Part shown: positions 44,557-54,622 of the stretch, piece by piece
How positions within the stretch are numbered: the first letter of the stretch is position 1
How the letters are laid out: each line of letters opens with the position of its first letter
Source: Cyanidioschyzon merolae
Lineage: Eukaryota
Direction: 5' to 3' (one strand)
DNA length: 64,000 bases
NCBI GenBank assembly: GCA_000091205.1
Contig: AP006493.2
Position numbers and translations under genes: made by a program
The notes under the pieces: generated by a model
Database searches by the model: none
What the model saw: the letters and a program-made list of their open reading frames with translations, nothing else
What the model was told of the DNA's origin: nothing

Positions 44557-44928
44557 CTAGGCCTCGAAGGAGGCCCACGCTTTGAACGACTCGTGCAGGG
44601 TCACTCGGAGTCTGCCCTGGAACGAGAGGAGCGTCCGCAAACGGCTATGGATGTGCCGCGCCATAAACTCAGTGGTCGTGTTCTGTCCACGAAACTCCTC
44701 GAGGTCGTCCAAGTTGCGGCACTGATACGGTTCAAGAGCAGTGGCTAGCGCCTTGGACGCTGCCCCGATATCGATGACCCAGTTCGTGTCTGGCTGGAGT
44801 GCATCGGCGAAGAACTCCGCCTCCACTGTATACGTTGCACCGTGTAGGTTCTGGGCGCACCCGAAAGCTTCACCTCGAAAGGAGTGCGCAATCATAACGG
44901 AGTCGCGTACGCCCACACAGAAAGGCAT
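44557..44928 (-). CDS. 6-pyruvoyl-tetrahydropterin synthase / QueD-family protein
   Basis: 123-aa ORF collinear with PTPS (AHSFRGEAFGC...NLHGATYTVEAEF...WVIDIGA...NLDDLEEF...NTTTEFMARHI). The second His of the canonical HGH triad is Ala, so confidence is moderate. Confidence 0.6.
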   Translation of the reverse strand: MPFCVGVRDSVMIAHSFRGEAFGCAQNLHGATYTVEAEFFADALQPDTNWVIDIGAASKALATALEPYQCRNLDDLEEFRGQNTTTEFMARHIHSRLRTLLSFQGRLRVTLHESFKAWASFEA

Positions 44929-44956
44929 TGCTCGACAGCAGGGAGTACCGGCTACC

Positions 44957-45012
44957 AGTAGCAGCAGCAGTAGCAGCAGTAGCAGCAGTAGCAGCAGTAG
45001 CAGCAGTAGCAG
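44957..45012. repeat. (AGC)n microsatellite with AGT interruptions, 29-84 bp upstream of the PTPS-like start codon
   Basis: Direct reading: agcagcagcagtagcagcagtagc... Confidence 0.9.
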
Positions 45013-46424
45013 TGTGACGTCGTAACTCGCGCAGACCTGGTGTCGACGAAGAGAATATGGCTACTCAAAAGTGCATCGCGCTTGCGCGTGAGCGACTAGA
45101 CTAGAACGCGCTCTACAGGAATGGTGAATGCGTCCGGTTCCTGGAGGCTCGTACCAGTACCCCCCGGAACAACGACAAGACCAACGACATCTCGGTTCGA
45201 AAAAGGGAGCGCTCCCAATGCACCGGTTGCCTTTACGGAATGCTGTTGGTGGCGGCACAACGGAAGCTGTTCGCGGAAACGCGTCGAGGGCATACGGGCA
45301 TCGTCAGGTGCTACGGCAAGCGCCCTGACGTCCTCAGTGTATTCGAGGTATCAGCGGGAATCATTTGGTGTAGGCGTAATGCTCCGTCGATGCTGCTAGC
45401 GCCGAGTCAAGGACAGTCCTCGGGTGGCTGCAGTGAACCCGTGAGCGTCCGCTTTGTATGGGCGGCATTCATCCATACGAGAATCGTTTCCTGGAAACAT
45501 TCGACACTGCCTCAAGTACATTGGGCTCCCTAATGGACATGCAGCATCGGCAATGACACGATACGCTCGGTGATCCAAGCATGTATTCAAGGTTCATATG
45601 GAATGTATGTGTGCACATAGTGGAAAGCATGTACTTGTCGAACGCGATGCTTCACGACGCGCTGTGTATACCCGATTCCTGGCCAAGCTACAAAGCTCCG
45701 TGCATGAAGCAGCGTCGTTACACCCGAAAAAAGCGTCCATGATCGACATTCGCATCATCGCATCATTGATTCGAGTCCATCTGGGAGCGTGTTCACGGAC
45801 CAGAGACACTCCGTCGGTGCTGAAGTATACAATTCTGGTGCGATAGGCGCCTCGCCTGGGACGATGTGCCGGACATCCGTTCAGAGTCGCTCGCAGTGTG
45901 GACAAACGCCCAGTTTTGATGAAAGTCTGCATGATCATGCGCCCGAGGCAACTGCGCAACACCACACGAAACGCCACGGGGTCATTTCCGATACGGCACG
46001 CAACTCAGCGACGCTAATACGAGGTTCGGCAATCCTAGAGGCAGAGCGCCTCACCGAAAACTGCCTGAGGTCGTACGTTGCCTCCATTTCTGGCAAACGC
46101 TGCGTACCCATGAAGCGTAGCGCACCATGAAGCCGGTGTCGCATTGCTCTACCTCGTCTTGGCGAGATTCAGCAACACGGTTATCCAAAAACAAAGCCGC
46201 ACATTTGCTTCCCGTTGACAGGCTTCCGTGTTGCGTCCCAAGCACGTCAAACGCTGCACGTCGTGTTGACGTTGCCGGCAGTGCAGCGCGCTGCAACATC
46301 GAACGTACGAAGCACCCGATCTCTACGCTGACTTTCCGCGCTGCTCGGGGTATTCTCGTTTCCATTGCTGGTATCAGCAGGTTCACCTGCACGTTGTCAA
46401 TGGAAGCGTGATTGCGCTCTGCAA

Positions 46425-47264
46425 TCATAGCGACTGTCGTTCATTCGCCGCAGCTGCAGCCGTTCTCGCCGACCATGACAAAGTCGTCCGCGGATTTGAC
46501 GCACCCACATGGTGCGATTCCTCGCTATCCGTATCGGAGAACGAATCCGTGTCTGAATCATTCTCTATAGGCTGTTGCTCCCTCGGTACCAGTCCGAGAA
46601 AGCGCAGAACGGCCGCAACAGGCGGCAATCGGAGCGAGAATGGTGTCAGAGCAAGCAGTAACAAGAGACGCCAGAGGCCCAGGATTCGCTGCAGCCACTC
46701 TGTGAACCAGGACTTGGGTCGAAAGTGTTGCAGAGCACCCCGCAACTCCTCTCTTAAAAATGTTAGATTATAAACGAGTCCAAACACGCTGTCAAAGAGA
46801 ATATGGATGGTGCGCATATTCTCCTCCAGAATACCGGTTACTCGTGCGATTGCGTGCATAACGTTCTGCAGGGTCGCCATTGCCGACTGACCGGGAGCCA
46901 TGACGGACTGGAGCACCCCCAGCGCCTGAGATGTTGTCGAGTGCCCGTCATTCACGACACCATTGGTGAAACGGCTCGCTAGTGCTGCGTACCCGCCATA
47001 GAGCCCAGAACCGAGACCTCCGTAGTACGTCCCCGGGCCGTAAAAGTTCCCCAGATAACCGCCACCCATACCGTAGCCTCCGTAGTAGCCCCCGGTATAA
47101 CCAGCACCACCGTAGCCACCTCCGTAGCCACCACCGTAGCCACCTCCGTAGCCTGGCAGCATTGTGGTCGCTTGTCGAGGCGTGCTCGTTGCACCTTGGC
47201 TAGTCTCTGGTGCAGTTCCTTGGTTGCCCGAAACACCGGCGTGATTCGCCTCAGACGACGCCAT
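46425..47264 (-). CDS. Gly/Tyr-rich protein, putative peroxin-13-like (no SH3 domain)
   Basis: 279-aa ORF. The N-terminus carries YGGG/YGG repeats as in PEX13. It is followed by a segment resembling the PEX13 N-terminal domain (LGVLQSVMAPGQSAMATLQNVMHAIARVTGILEENMRTIHILFDSVFGLVYNLTFLREEL) and a hydrophobic helix. Sits immediately beside PEX5. Confidence 0.4.
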   Translation of the reverse strand: MASSEANHAGVSGNQGTAPETSQGATSTPRQATTMLPGYGGGYGGGYGGGYGGAGYTGGYYGGYGMGGGYLGNFYGPGTYYGGLGSGLYGGYAALASRFTNGVVNDGHSTTSQALGVLQSVMAPGQSAMATLQNVMHAIARVTGILEENMRTIHILFDSVFGLVYNLTFLREELRGALQHFRPKSWFTEWLQRILGLWRLLLLLALTPFSLRLPPVAAVLRFLGLVPREQQPIENDSDTDSFSDTDSEESHHVGASNPRTTLSWSARTAAAAANERQSL

Positions 47265-48134
47265 GAACGCTGTGTGCTGTCCTGCTCAATTCAAAGGCAC
47301 ACACGATGCCCACGCAGTCTCGCTACCATGTACACAGAACACCCACTTTTTTAGGAACACGTCACAGCGTGCAAAGCTCGAGACGCGTTCCCGGAAATGT
47401 CGAGGCCAGGGCGCTGCGCACGACACCGCCTTGCGACGTGCCGCCTCTCGTCGTCGTGAAACCCTCGAAAAGCGGTACGTTTGCCGCGTTCGTGTTGCTT
47501 GGGAGGAGGCGTCTCGTCTTTCGCGTGAGCAAGAGCTGTAGATGCACGACGGTGAGCGTGTGAATGTATGAGCGTGGTTCAGGTGTTTGAATACGGTAAT
47601 CAGCGAAACGCTTTAGCACCACAGGGCAATGGACTCGCTTTTCGTTCTGTAGTTCTCTTGCTTGGCGAACAGTTTTGAATATACGAACAGTTTCACTAAA
47701 ACTGTCTTAAGACGAAAAGATGCACCGAAAAAAACCAGGAATGATGGCCATTGCGTTCTGAACAGAAGCGGGACACCTTCACGTGCACCTGCACCTGTCC
47801 GGTACTCGAACGCCACCTCGTCGTGAAGCGCAGGCATAAGCTTGCGTATCCAACGCGATAACCTGTCGCTATCGGGTGCTCGCACTATCTTGTATCGGGC
47901 TAGCTCACATCGAGCGCACACATACACACAAACTCGCCACGTTTACAACACGCTCAGGATGCAGGTTGATCTCAGAGACTTGCGGCGACGGGCTCATGAC
48001 GCCACCACTCGACCAAGCTGCGGCGTACGCAGACACATGTTGTACCATCGGGCACTGGAGCGCGTGATTCACCACCCCGTATTGGAAATGGGCGCTCTCG
48101 ACTGCCCTAGCTCCAACCGTGACACCGTAAACGC

Positions 48135-50099
48135 TCATGACGACTGCTCGAGGGCGGCGGCGATCGCCTCCAAGTTATCCTGATTCATATCCTCGGCCAT
48201 GGCGAGGATGTCAAGTCGATTCATTGCGATTGCAGCGGTTCGCAAATATGACCAAATGTGCAATGCTCTAGGATTGCGCTGCAGCGCCTGAATATAATAT
48301 CGAATGGCCTGCGGGTACGAGCCCTGGTTCGCATACGAGGTACCCACATTGACCCAGGCTCGTACAAAGTTCGGTCGCCGATCAATGGCGCTGCGGTAGG
48401 CTCTGAGCGCCTCCATACTCCGAAAATGGTTGGCTAGCGTCGCCCCCAGACGGTTCCATAGGCGGTAGTCATCGGGGCGGAGCTCCACAGAACGGCGGAA
48501 AGCTAAAACCGCTGCGTCGTAATCGCGCATCAACGAGTGCACCACACCGAGCACCGAGTAGAGGTCGGCATCGCGCTGAGCATCGTTATGACGACTGAGA
48601 AGATCCTGGACTCTCTCCAGCAGCGCCCGTTGTCGTGCATACAACTCGTCGACTTGACTGGTGGGCGTGGGATACGTTTCGTCCGCAGGTGACGCAGAGG
48701 AAACCGGTGCAGCCCGGGCAGAGGCAGGTTGCACCTGCGCACTAGGATGCAGATCCAACCATTGCTGCAGATATCTTAACGCTTGGGATGGATTCAGCTC
48801 ATTGGTATACGAAACCCCGAGACATAAAAGCGTATCTGCGATCATATCGTCGCCCTGTGCTTCATTGTGTTCACATTCCAGGGCTCGTTTCAAGCTGGCG
48901 ATGGCCTGTGGATCCTGGTCAGACTCCGCATGGGCGACGCCCAGAAAATACCATGCGCGTGAAAGTTCTCGGTCGAGTTTGACGGCCGCCTCGAAGGCCA
49001 TAATCGCCTCGGCAAGTCGACCTTCTGCGTACAAGCGCTCGCCTTCCGCAAGCGCTGCCAGTGCTGCAGCCCTGTTGTCAGCGGTCTGCGATTCGCGTCC
49101 CTCGTCTGTGAGGTAGCGATTCTCCTCGGCGGTGTACTGAAAACGATAAGCTGTATCGTTCATCGCTCTCCCGTACGCATGTAAATAGTCGTCGTCGAAT
49201 GTGTCGTCTAGATCGACGCGTGCTTGACGGAGCAGTTCCTCGAAAGACAGACTCGAAGGCGTCTCAGCGTCAACGCTCGCAGCAGGTGCATCTGTCGAGA
49301 CCTGCGTATGCGCTGTGGCTTGTACATCGCGCTGCTCTGCTTGTCCTAAACTTGCAGAAGTCGCACTCTGTTCCAGCTCGTCGCGTTGCTGGTCGGTTTG
49401 GTGCACCTGTTCAGTCTGCGTTTCTGGAGCCCGGCTCACATTACTCCAGTTCGAGGCAAAATTCTGCGGGCCGTAAAATGATGTGTAGCGCGGAGCGTAC
49501 GCTGACCTGTATGGACCGCTCCAGGCCATAGGACGCATGCCTGGCTCCAGGTGCTGCTGCGCTCTACCCGAAGCAGTGCTCGCCCAAGCACGGTCAAGCG
49601 GTGGCGCTGCCGACATCCCACCGTGGTGCTTCGGTGCAGCACCAAACTGGGATGTGTTCCAGGCAGCTTGCATGGAATGAAACGAATTCGGTAGATGCGT
49701 CTGTGCAGCCTGGCCGTGTGCGGGCACTGGTCCAGCGCCGTGTACCTGAAGTCTCCCAAACTCCGCTACAAGTGCAGGCGGTGGCGCTAGTGCGCCTGCA
49801 CCCTGCAAAGGCACGCCCCGCGCGGCAAGCTCCGCAGCGAGCTCAGGCGGAAGCGGCAGTTCTAGAGCCGCTTCGCCAGGTCTCGGACCCACGAACACAG
49901 GACCCTGGTTCGTTGGTGCTGGCCCCCAGGCACGCTCGCGGGTCCCAGCCGCGGCACCGAGTTGCCCGAGCCAGGCACCCGCGCCATCTGGCACAGCACT
50001 GCCTCCGCTCGCTGAGCGACCTTCAACTCTGGCCGCAGAGACGTCATCTGGAGCGCAGACTTGTGACGGGGCCGCAGCCGGGTGCCACGAACTAGCCAT
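48135..50099 (-). CDS. PEX5: Peroxisomal targeting signal 1 receptor PEX5
   Basis: 654-aa ORF. The N-terminal half is disordered with W-x3-F/Y-like motifs (WNTSQF, WSGPY). The C-terminal half holds TPR repeats with the PEX5 signature (AIMAFEAAVKLDRELSRAWYFLGVAHAESDQDPQAIASLKRALECEHNEAQ...LLCLGVSYTNE...NRLGATLAN...). Confidence 0.85.
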   Translation of the reverse strand: MASSWHPAAAPSQVCAPDDVSAARVEGRSASGGSAVPDGAGAWLGQLGAAAGTRERAWGPAPTNQGPVFVGPRPGEAALELPLPPELAAELAARGVPLQGAGALAPPPALVAEFGRLQVHGAGPVPAHGQAAQTHLPNSFHSMQAAWNTSQFGAAPKHHGGMSAAPPLDRAWASTASGRAQQHLEPGMRPMAWSGPYRSAYAPRYTSFYGPQNFASNWSNVSRAPETQTEQVHQTDQQRDELEQSATSASLGQAEQRDVQATAHTQVSTDAPAASVDAETPSSLSFEELLRQARVDLDDTFDDDYLHAYGRAMNDTAYRFQYTAEENRYLTDEGRESQTADNRAAALAALAEGERLYAEGRLAEAIMAFEAAVKLDRELSRAWYFLGVAHAESDQDPQAIASLKRALECEHNEAQGDDMIADTLLCLGVSYTNELNPSQALRYLQQWLDLHPSAQVQPASARAAPVSSASPADETYPTPTSQVDELYARQRALLERVQDLLSRHNDAQRDADLYSVLGVVHSLMRDYDAAVLAFRRSVELRPDDYRLWNRLGATLANHFRSMEALRAYRSAIDRRPNFVRAWVNVGTSYANQGSYPQAIRYYIQALQRNPRALHIWSYLRTAAIAMNRLDILAMAEDMNQDNLEAIAAALEQSS

Positions 50100-51184
50100 G
50101 CTGCGTAGGCTTCAACCCTGTGCACCAACGACAGTACCAACGCTCTGAAACGGTCGAGTCAACCAGGTGAACGTTACGGAACCGCAGTCTTCCAGGAGAA
50201 AACTCCCTGAGGTGAATTGAAAGGGTAAACAAGCTTGAAGTTTAGGCTGTGCAAGTCTCCAGCGCTGATATGCACCAACGCACAAGTCAGTTGTGAAGAA
50301 TGGCAAGAACTAGTACGTCAGGAATGCGCTGAGGATGAACGAGGCGTGGCAACGCCCTGCTAGTCGATAGTTGCCTTTTATGACGTATGATCTAGTATCC
50401 TAGTTTGTACCCTGGAAGAGCGATTCCTATCGACTACGAAAGAAAATCTGAACTTGTCTATCAAAAAACGAACACAATCCACGAATAGAAGGCTAGGACT
50501 GCTTTCGGGGTTCAGTGCTGCTGGGTCGAGAAGGCGACCCGCGGGATACTGGACTTTTCGGTGGGCGCTCGCCTTGCCACCAAACGCACCACGATGAACG
50601 GCGTACGGAGACACAATGGCACTGCCGTACCCGTCCGAAAGTCGGCTCGAGGCACCGTTCACCCGAAGCGGTGACGTCTTTCGTGGCAGTTTCGCTCTCC
50701 GCAAGTTGGTGCAAGCAGGCTAGCTGGCGCGGAACGACGCACTTGGGGAACGCAACGACCTGGATGTAATCTGGGTGCCAGGCGCCCTGCTCCTTGTCGC
50801 GTGAAGCAGGCTTTAAAATCAAACTGTGCGGGCTTTGAAAAGGCAACCACCACTGTGGGAGCGCGTCGAGCACTGGCCCAGCGTGCTTGACTCTTGACTA
50901 TGAAACGGTTCGTTCCGTTCATCGAGCTAAACCTGCTGTTGACCACTTTTGGGCGTCGTCTTTTCCAGCATGCGACAGAAGCGAATCTCTGTGCAGTGTA
51001 GTGCGGGAAAGGCACGAGCGCTCCGTTCAGTTACTGGGCATCTTCAGCAAAACGAAAAGGGCTCTTCTACGAATAAACTTGTAGGCGTCGCATGGTGATC
51101 ATGAGCACCGTCGAATGTACCGTAATCACCGCTAGGCAGACAAATGATGACGTGGACGATAGGGATGGAGACCTGCTCCAATCT

Positions 51185-52457
51185 CTAGACGGCAATGCGC
51201 TCTTCAGCAGGAGAGCCAGAGCTGGACGCTTTCTGAACCACCTTCTGTGAGGTTTGGTAGCTTCGCAGCATTGCAAGATCCTCCTCAAGGCCAACGTCGT
51301 CCTCTGGATAAGCAGGGCCACCATGACGCGAGGTATCATTCCCAAGAATTCCCACCTCCGGCGGGACGCGTAGCAGGCCGAGAAACCTGAGGATCAAGAA
51401 GTAGCCGCCGATATTCATTCCCACAAACGGCCAAACGTAGAGAATCTCCGTCAGCTGAGCAGCGAGCTGCTTTCCATAGCCATAGAATACACCCCCCTGA
51501 ACCATCGTACGAGCCATAAACCATGGCGACGGTATCAGGCTTTGCGAAAAAGCCGGGAATGAGGACGCACCGTGTGCCTCCGAACGCGTGGACGGTAACG
51601 GCGCCGAGCGGGTCATCGATACGCAGCCGCTGGATGAGCTTATCGCCGAAAACCCAAATCCATCCCGCAATAACCCCGCAACACAGCGCCGAGTACGTCG
51701 GAATGGTCGAACAGGGAGATGTAACCGCCACTGTGTCGCTGATAGAGCCATTCACCATGGAGGCGCAGTCAAAGTACTTGTCCACGAATCGCGCGATAAT
51801 CAGCGTCGTGATCCCAGCAGATGCAGATAAAACGAGTGTGTTCACAGCAGCGAGCGCTACCTGACCTGCATTCGAGTACACTGTCGGTACACCGTTCTTA
51901 TTGAAGCCACCGCGCACTGCGCTACCAACCTTACCACCATCCGCGTATGATAACACACCCAGCTGCGAACCCGGATTGAAACCGAACCATCCGAACCACA
52001 GCAGGAGACCACCGAGCACAATCAACGAGATGTTATGACCGGGAATGGGACGGACCTTCCCGTTTTCATCGAAACGCCCAATTCGAGGTCCGATGATCAC
52101 TGCACTGACGAGTGCTCCAGCACCGCCAGTGATATGCACCACGCCGCTGCCAGCAAAGTCAATGGAGCCCGCGGTACCGTAGAAGCCAAAGCTGCCGATG
52201 ATATGACCGGTCGTTGGATTTGTGACTTTGTTGTAGAACAGATTCAGCCATCCGTTGGCGTTCCAGATGGCATGAGAGATCACTGGGTAGACAAAACCCA
52301 TCATGAGTGCAACGAACCCGATGTAGGCGAACACGCGAACCCGCTCACAGATCGCTCCGGCAACAATGGACGCGGCTGTCAGGCAGAAAGTGAACTGGAA
52401 CCACCACAAGAGAACCGGTAAAAGGTCGAACGCAAGGGGAATGGTGGAATACCACAT
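51185..52457 (-). pseudogene. AMT: Ammonium transporter (Amt/MEP/Rh family), disrupted. There is an apparent +1 frameshift in a C6 run at 51492-51497, and the first ~100 residues (TM1-2) are missing. The homology itself is clear.
   Basis: Frame A (51336..52457) carries DFAGSGVVHITGGAGALVSAVIIGPRIGRF and FGFNPGS. Frame B (51185..51751) continues with GGVFYGYGKQLAAQLTEIL...LRVPPEVGILGNDTSRHGGPAYPED. Deleting one C/G from the homopolymer restores ...GSYDGSGGVFYGYGKQL.... The ORF starts at the residue equivalent to ~100 of AmtB. Confidence 0.5.
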
Positions 52458-53220
52458 TGTGGAGTAGACAGACGTCGTCAGACGTCCGTGGAAAAGTCTT
52501 CAATGATTGGACAAAGAGGGTGCTGTTGTATGCGCCTCCTCCACGAGCGACACTGAGGCGGCCGACTGCATCAGCTCCCCCGAGAACAAGTGCTATCCAC
52601 GTTCTTTTCGAGTTCGATCGTACGTGGAACGGGTTCCATGCTCCGCCAACAATCATATATGCTTTGATGATTTCGTCCGAAGCAAGCCTCATCAACTGAA
52701 AAAAGCAAACCAACGTCCCGCTGCTGTGTATCGTTACTGATGTTCCAGGAACGCTGTCGTTACGAGTTTGGTGAAAGATCACCGTGCGTGAACTAGGAGT
52801 CTGTTGCAATTGTATCCCAGTGTGTTCTGGACCATGCGAACAAGCTCTCGGGAATCAGAGATGCCTGTGGTGGCAACTTCTATGATCCTGTTTCCTCCTC
52901 CTGTAAGACGATCAACGGGTCGTGTTCTACGATTAACCGCAACCGCTCTTTGATAATACAGGTTTTTGTCCCAAAGCGCATATACATGTTTGTTTCAGGC
53001 TTCCTCAACCATCAGCGTACTGTGTTATGTGTGACGAGAAAGAGGAATCCCGTCCTGCTTTCACTGTTCAGTAAAGAACATATATCATATAGGCAATTCT
53101 TCGACATCGATAGGATACGTTGCACCGTGATTCCGATCCCCAGCTATACACCGCAGCGCATGTGAAACAAACTTGAGAATCAAGTCCATGAGTCGCTGCT
53201 CGCGCCCCAACGAGACGATT
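52426..53220. repeat. Inverted, diverged duplicate of 22440..23230. It abuts or overlaps the 5' end of the Amt ORF.
   Basis: See 22440..23230. The first 16 codons of the Amt ORF (MWYSTIPLAFDLLPVL) have a counterpart in the other copy (MWRFTIPLAFELLPIL). Confidence 0.75.
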
Positions 53221-53497
53221 GTTCTAGAGTATCCGGAGCTTGCGCTGCTGCATTGACATGCGTACCCATGGACAGGACTGACAGCAGAGACAAACCAGCT
53301 AACATAAGCGCGTTCAATGCTAGTCGGTTGCGTGTCTGCTGCACAACATCGTGCCGACCATGCGTACGGCATTGGTCAGCGTATAACAGGTTTGAGCGCA
53401 CAGCTTGCACCATAGGTCTAGTGACGGGAATCGTCACCGTGGTATCGTGTGGGTCATGCACGGGGTACTGCTGGCGCTGTCCACTCATGCTGTTGGC

Positions 53498-53880
53498 GTG
53501 AAGGTGATCCAGGAAGCACGCCAGAGCGCTGCGTTTCACAGGAACCGTCATATAAAAAGCATGTTCATACGCAGATCATGTGTCGGTATGCGTTTCCGGT
53601 GAAGGTGATCCAGGAAGCACGCCCGAGCGCTGCGTTTCACAGGAACCGTCATATAAAAAGCATGTTCATACGCAGATCATGTGTCGGTCTGCGTTTCCGG
53701 TGAAGGTGATCCAGGAAGCACGCCAGAGCGCTGCGTTTCACAGGAACCGTCATATAAAAAGCATGTTCATACGCAGATCATGTGTCGGTCTGCGTTTCCG
53801 GTGAAGGTGATCCAGGAAGCACGCCAGAGCGCTGCGTTTCACAGGAACCGTCATATAAAAAGCATGTTCATACGCAGATC
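53498..53880. repeat. Tandem repeat of a 101-bp unit, about 3.8 copies, with 1-2 substitutions between units
   Basis: Unit starts at 53498, 53599, 53700 and 53801 (gtgaaggtgatccaggaagcacgcc...catataaaaagcatgttcatacgcagatcatgtgtcggtctgcgtttccg). It generates repeated peptides in ORFs 53405..53983. Confidence 0.9.
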
Positions 53881-54622
53881 ATTATTCGCTGATGCCTCAT
53901 CATGGCCCAGACGTCCACGGACTGACACACGGAACGCAAGGCGTCTCGTTCGTCCAACAGGCGTATCGAGGCTGGCTCCATAATTCCCGAAAAAAATCCG
54001 TCTGCAGCGTGCTGTCCAGTGCTCGACTCATGGGAATCTTGTTGAATTCCGTCCTTTCAGAGAACCGTACTCGTTCCGTATCACATGAATATCGTACATG
54101 AGATACGCAATGTCATTCGAAAGGTCGCAGCGTCCATGCCGGCTGCCGGCACCCTTCGACCTCAAGCGGTGTGCAAACCAGAACACACCATCATCGGTGC
54201 CGCATTCCGGTAACGAGTCTCAGGAAGCATTCTCCACCAGCGGTGTCCGAACAGCGTGAAGCCGCTGCACAGGCGGTTCTCCTGCAGCGTGCCTGTGCTC
54301 TGCTCGGAGCTTGAAGCTGCTAGAAGCGGCACGTTACAGCGCGTTTGGAGATACGTACGGGAACGTAGCGCCTGGTTGTTGTTTCTCTGGAACGCTACCC
54401 ATCATGCTCATTGGACGTCACCGGATGCATAAGCAATGCGGGTTATCGATGCTGCGATTCCAGTAATCCCAAAAGTCATGACAAGCTCGACTCGTAGAGC
54501 AGCGCTTGCCCTGAATGCACCCGAGGTTCGATCCAGCGTGGCGGCACGAGGGCAAGGGCGTGGCTTTGGTGACAACCACGTTGCGCTCGCTTCTCCGCAG
54601 ACGCTGGTGCCGGTAAACGCCT

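Noticed and set aside
46425-50099. Interpreting PEX13-like/PEX5 (and ACOX) as an operon or co-transcribed system
   Set aside because: This is a eukaryotic nuclear context with separate genes and intergenic gaps. Linkage may be coincidental. It is reported only as a neighbourhood observation.
52345-52809. 154-aa minus-strand ORF upstream of Amt considered as a missing Amt N-terminal exon
   Set aside because: It lacks the conserved Amt TM1-2 signatures. The sequence belongs to the inverted duplicated segment, whose counterpart at 22.7-23.2 kb is not associated with a full-length transporter.
53405-53983. Overlapping ORFs with repeated peptide sequence (VKVIQEARQSAAFHRNRHIKSMFIRRS...) that look like a repetitive protein or a CRISPR-like array
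   Set aside because: They are artefacts of translating the 101-bp tandem DNA repeat in several frames. The units are near-identical with no unique spacers, so this is not a CRISPR array. The context is eukaryotic.
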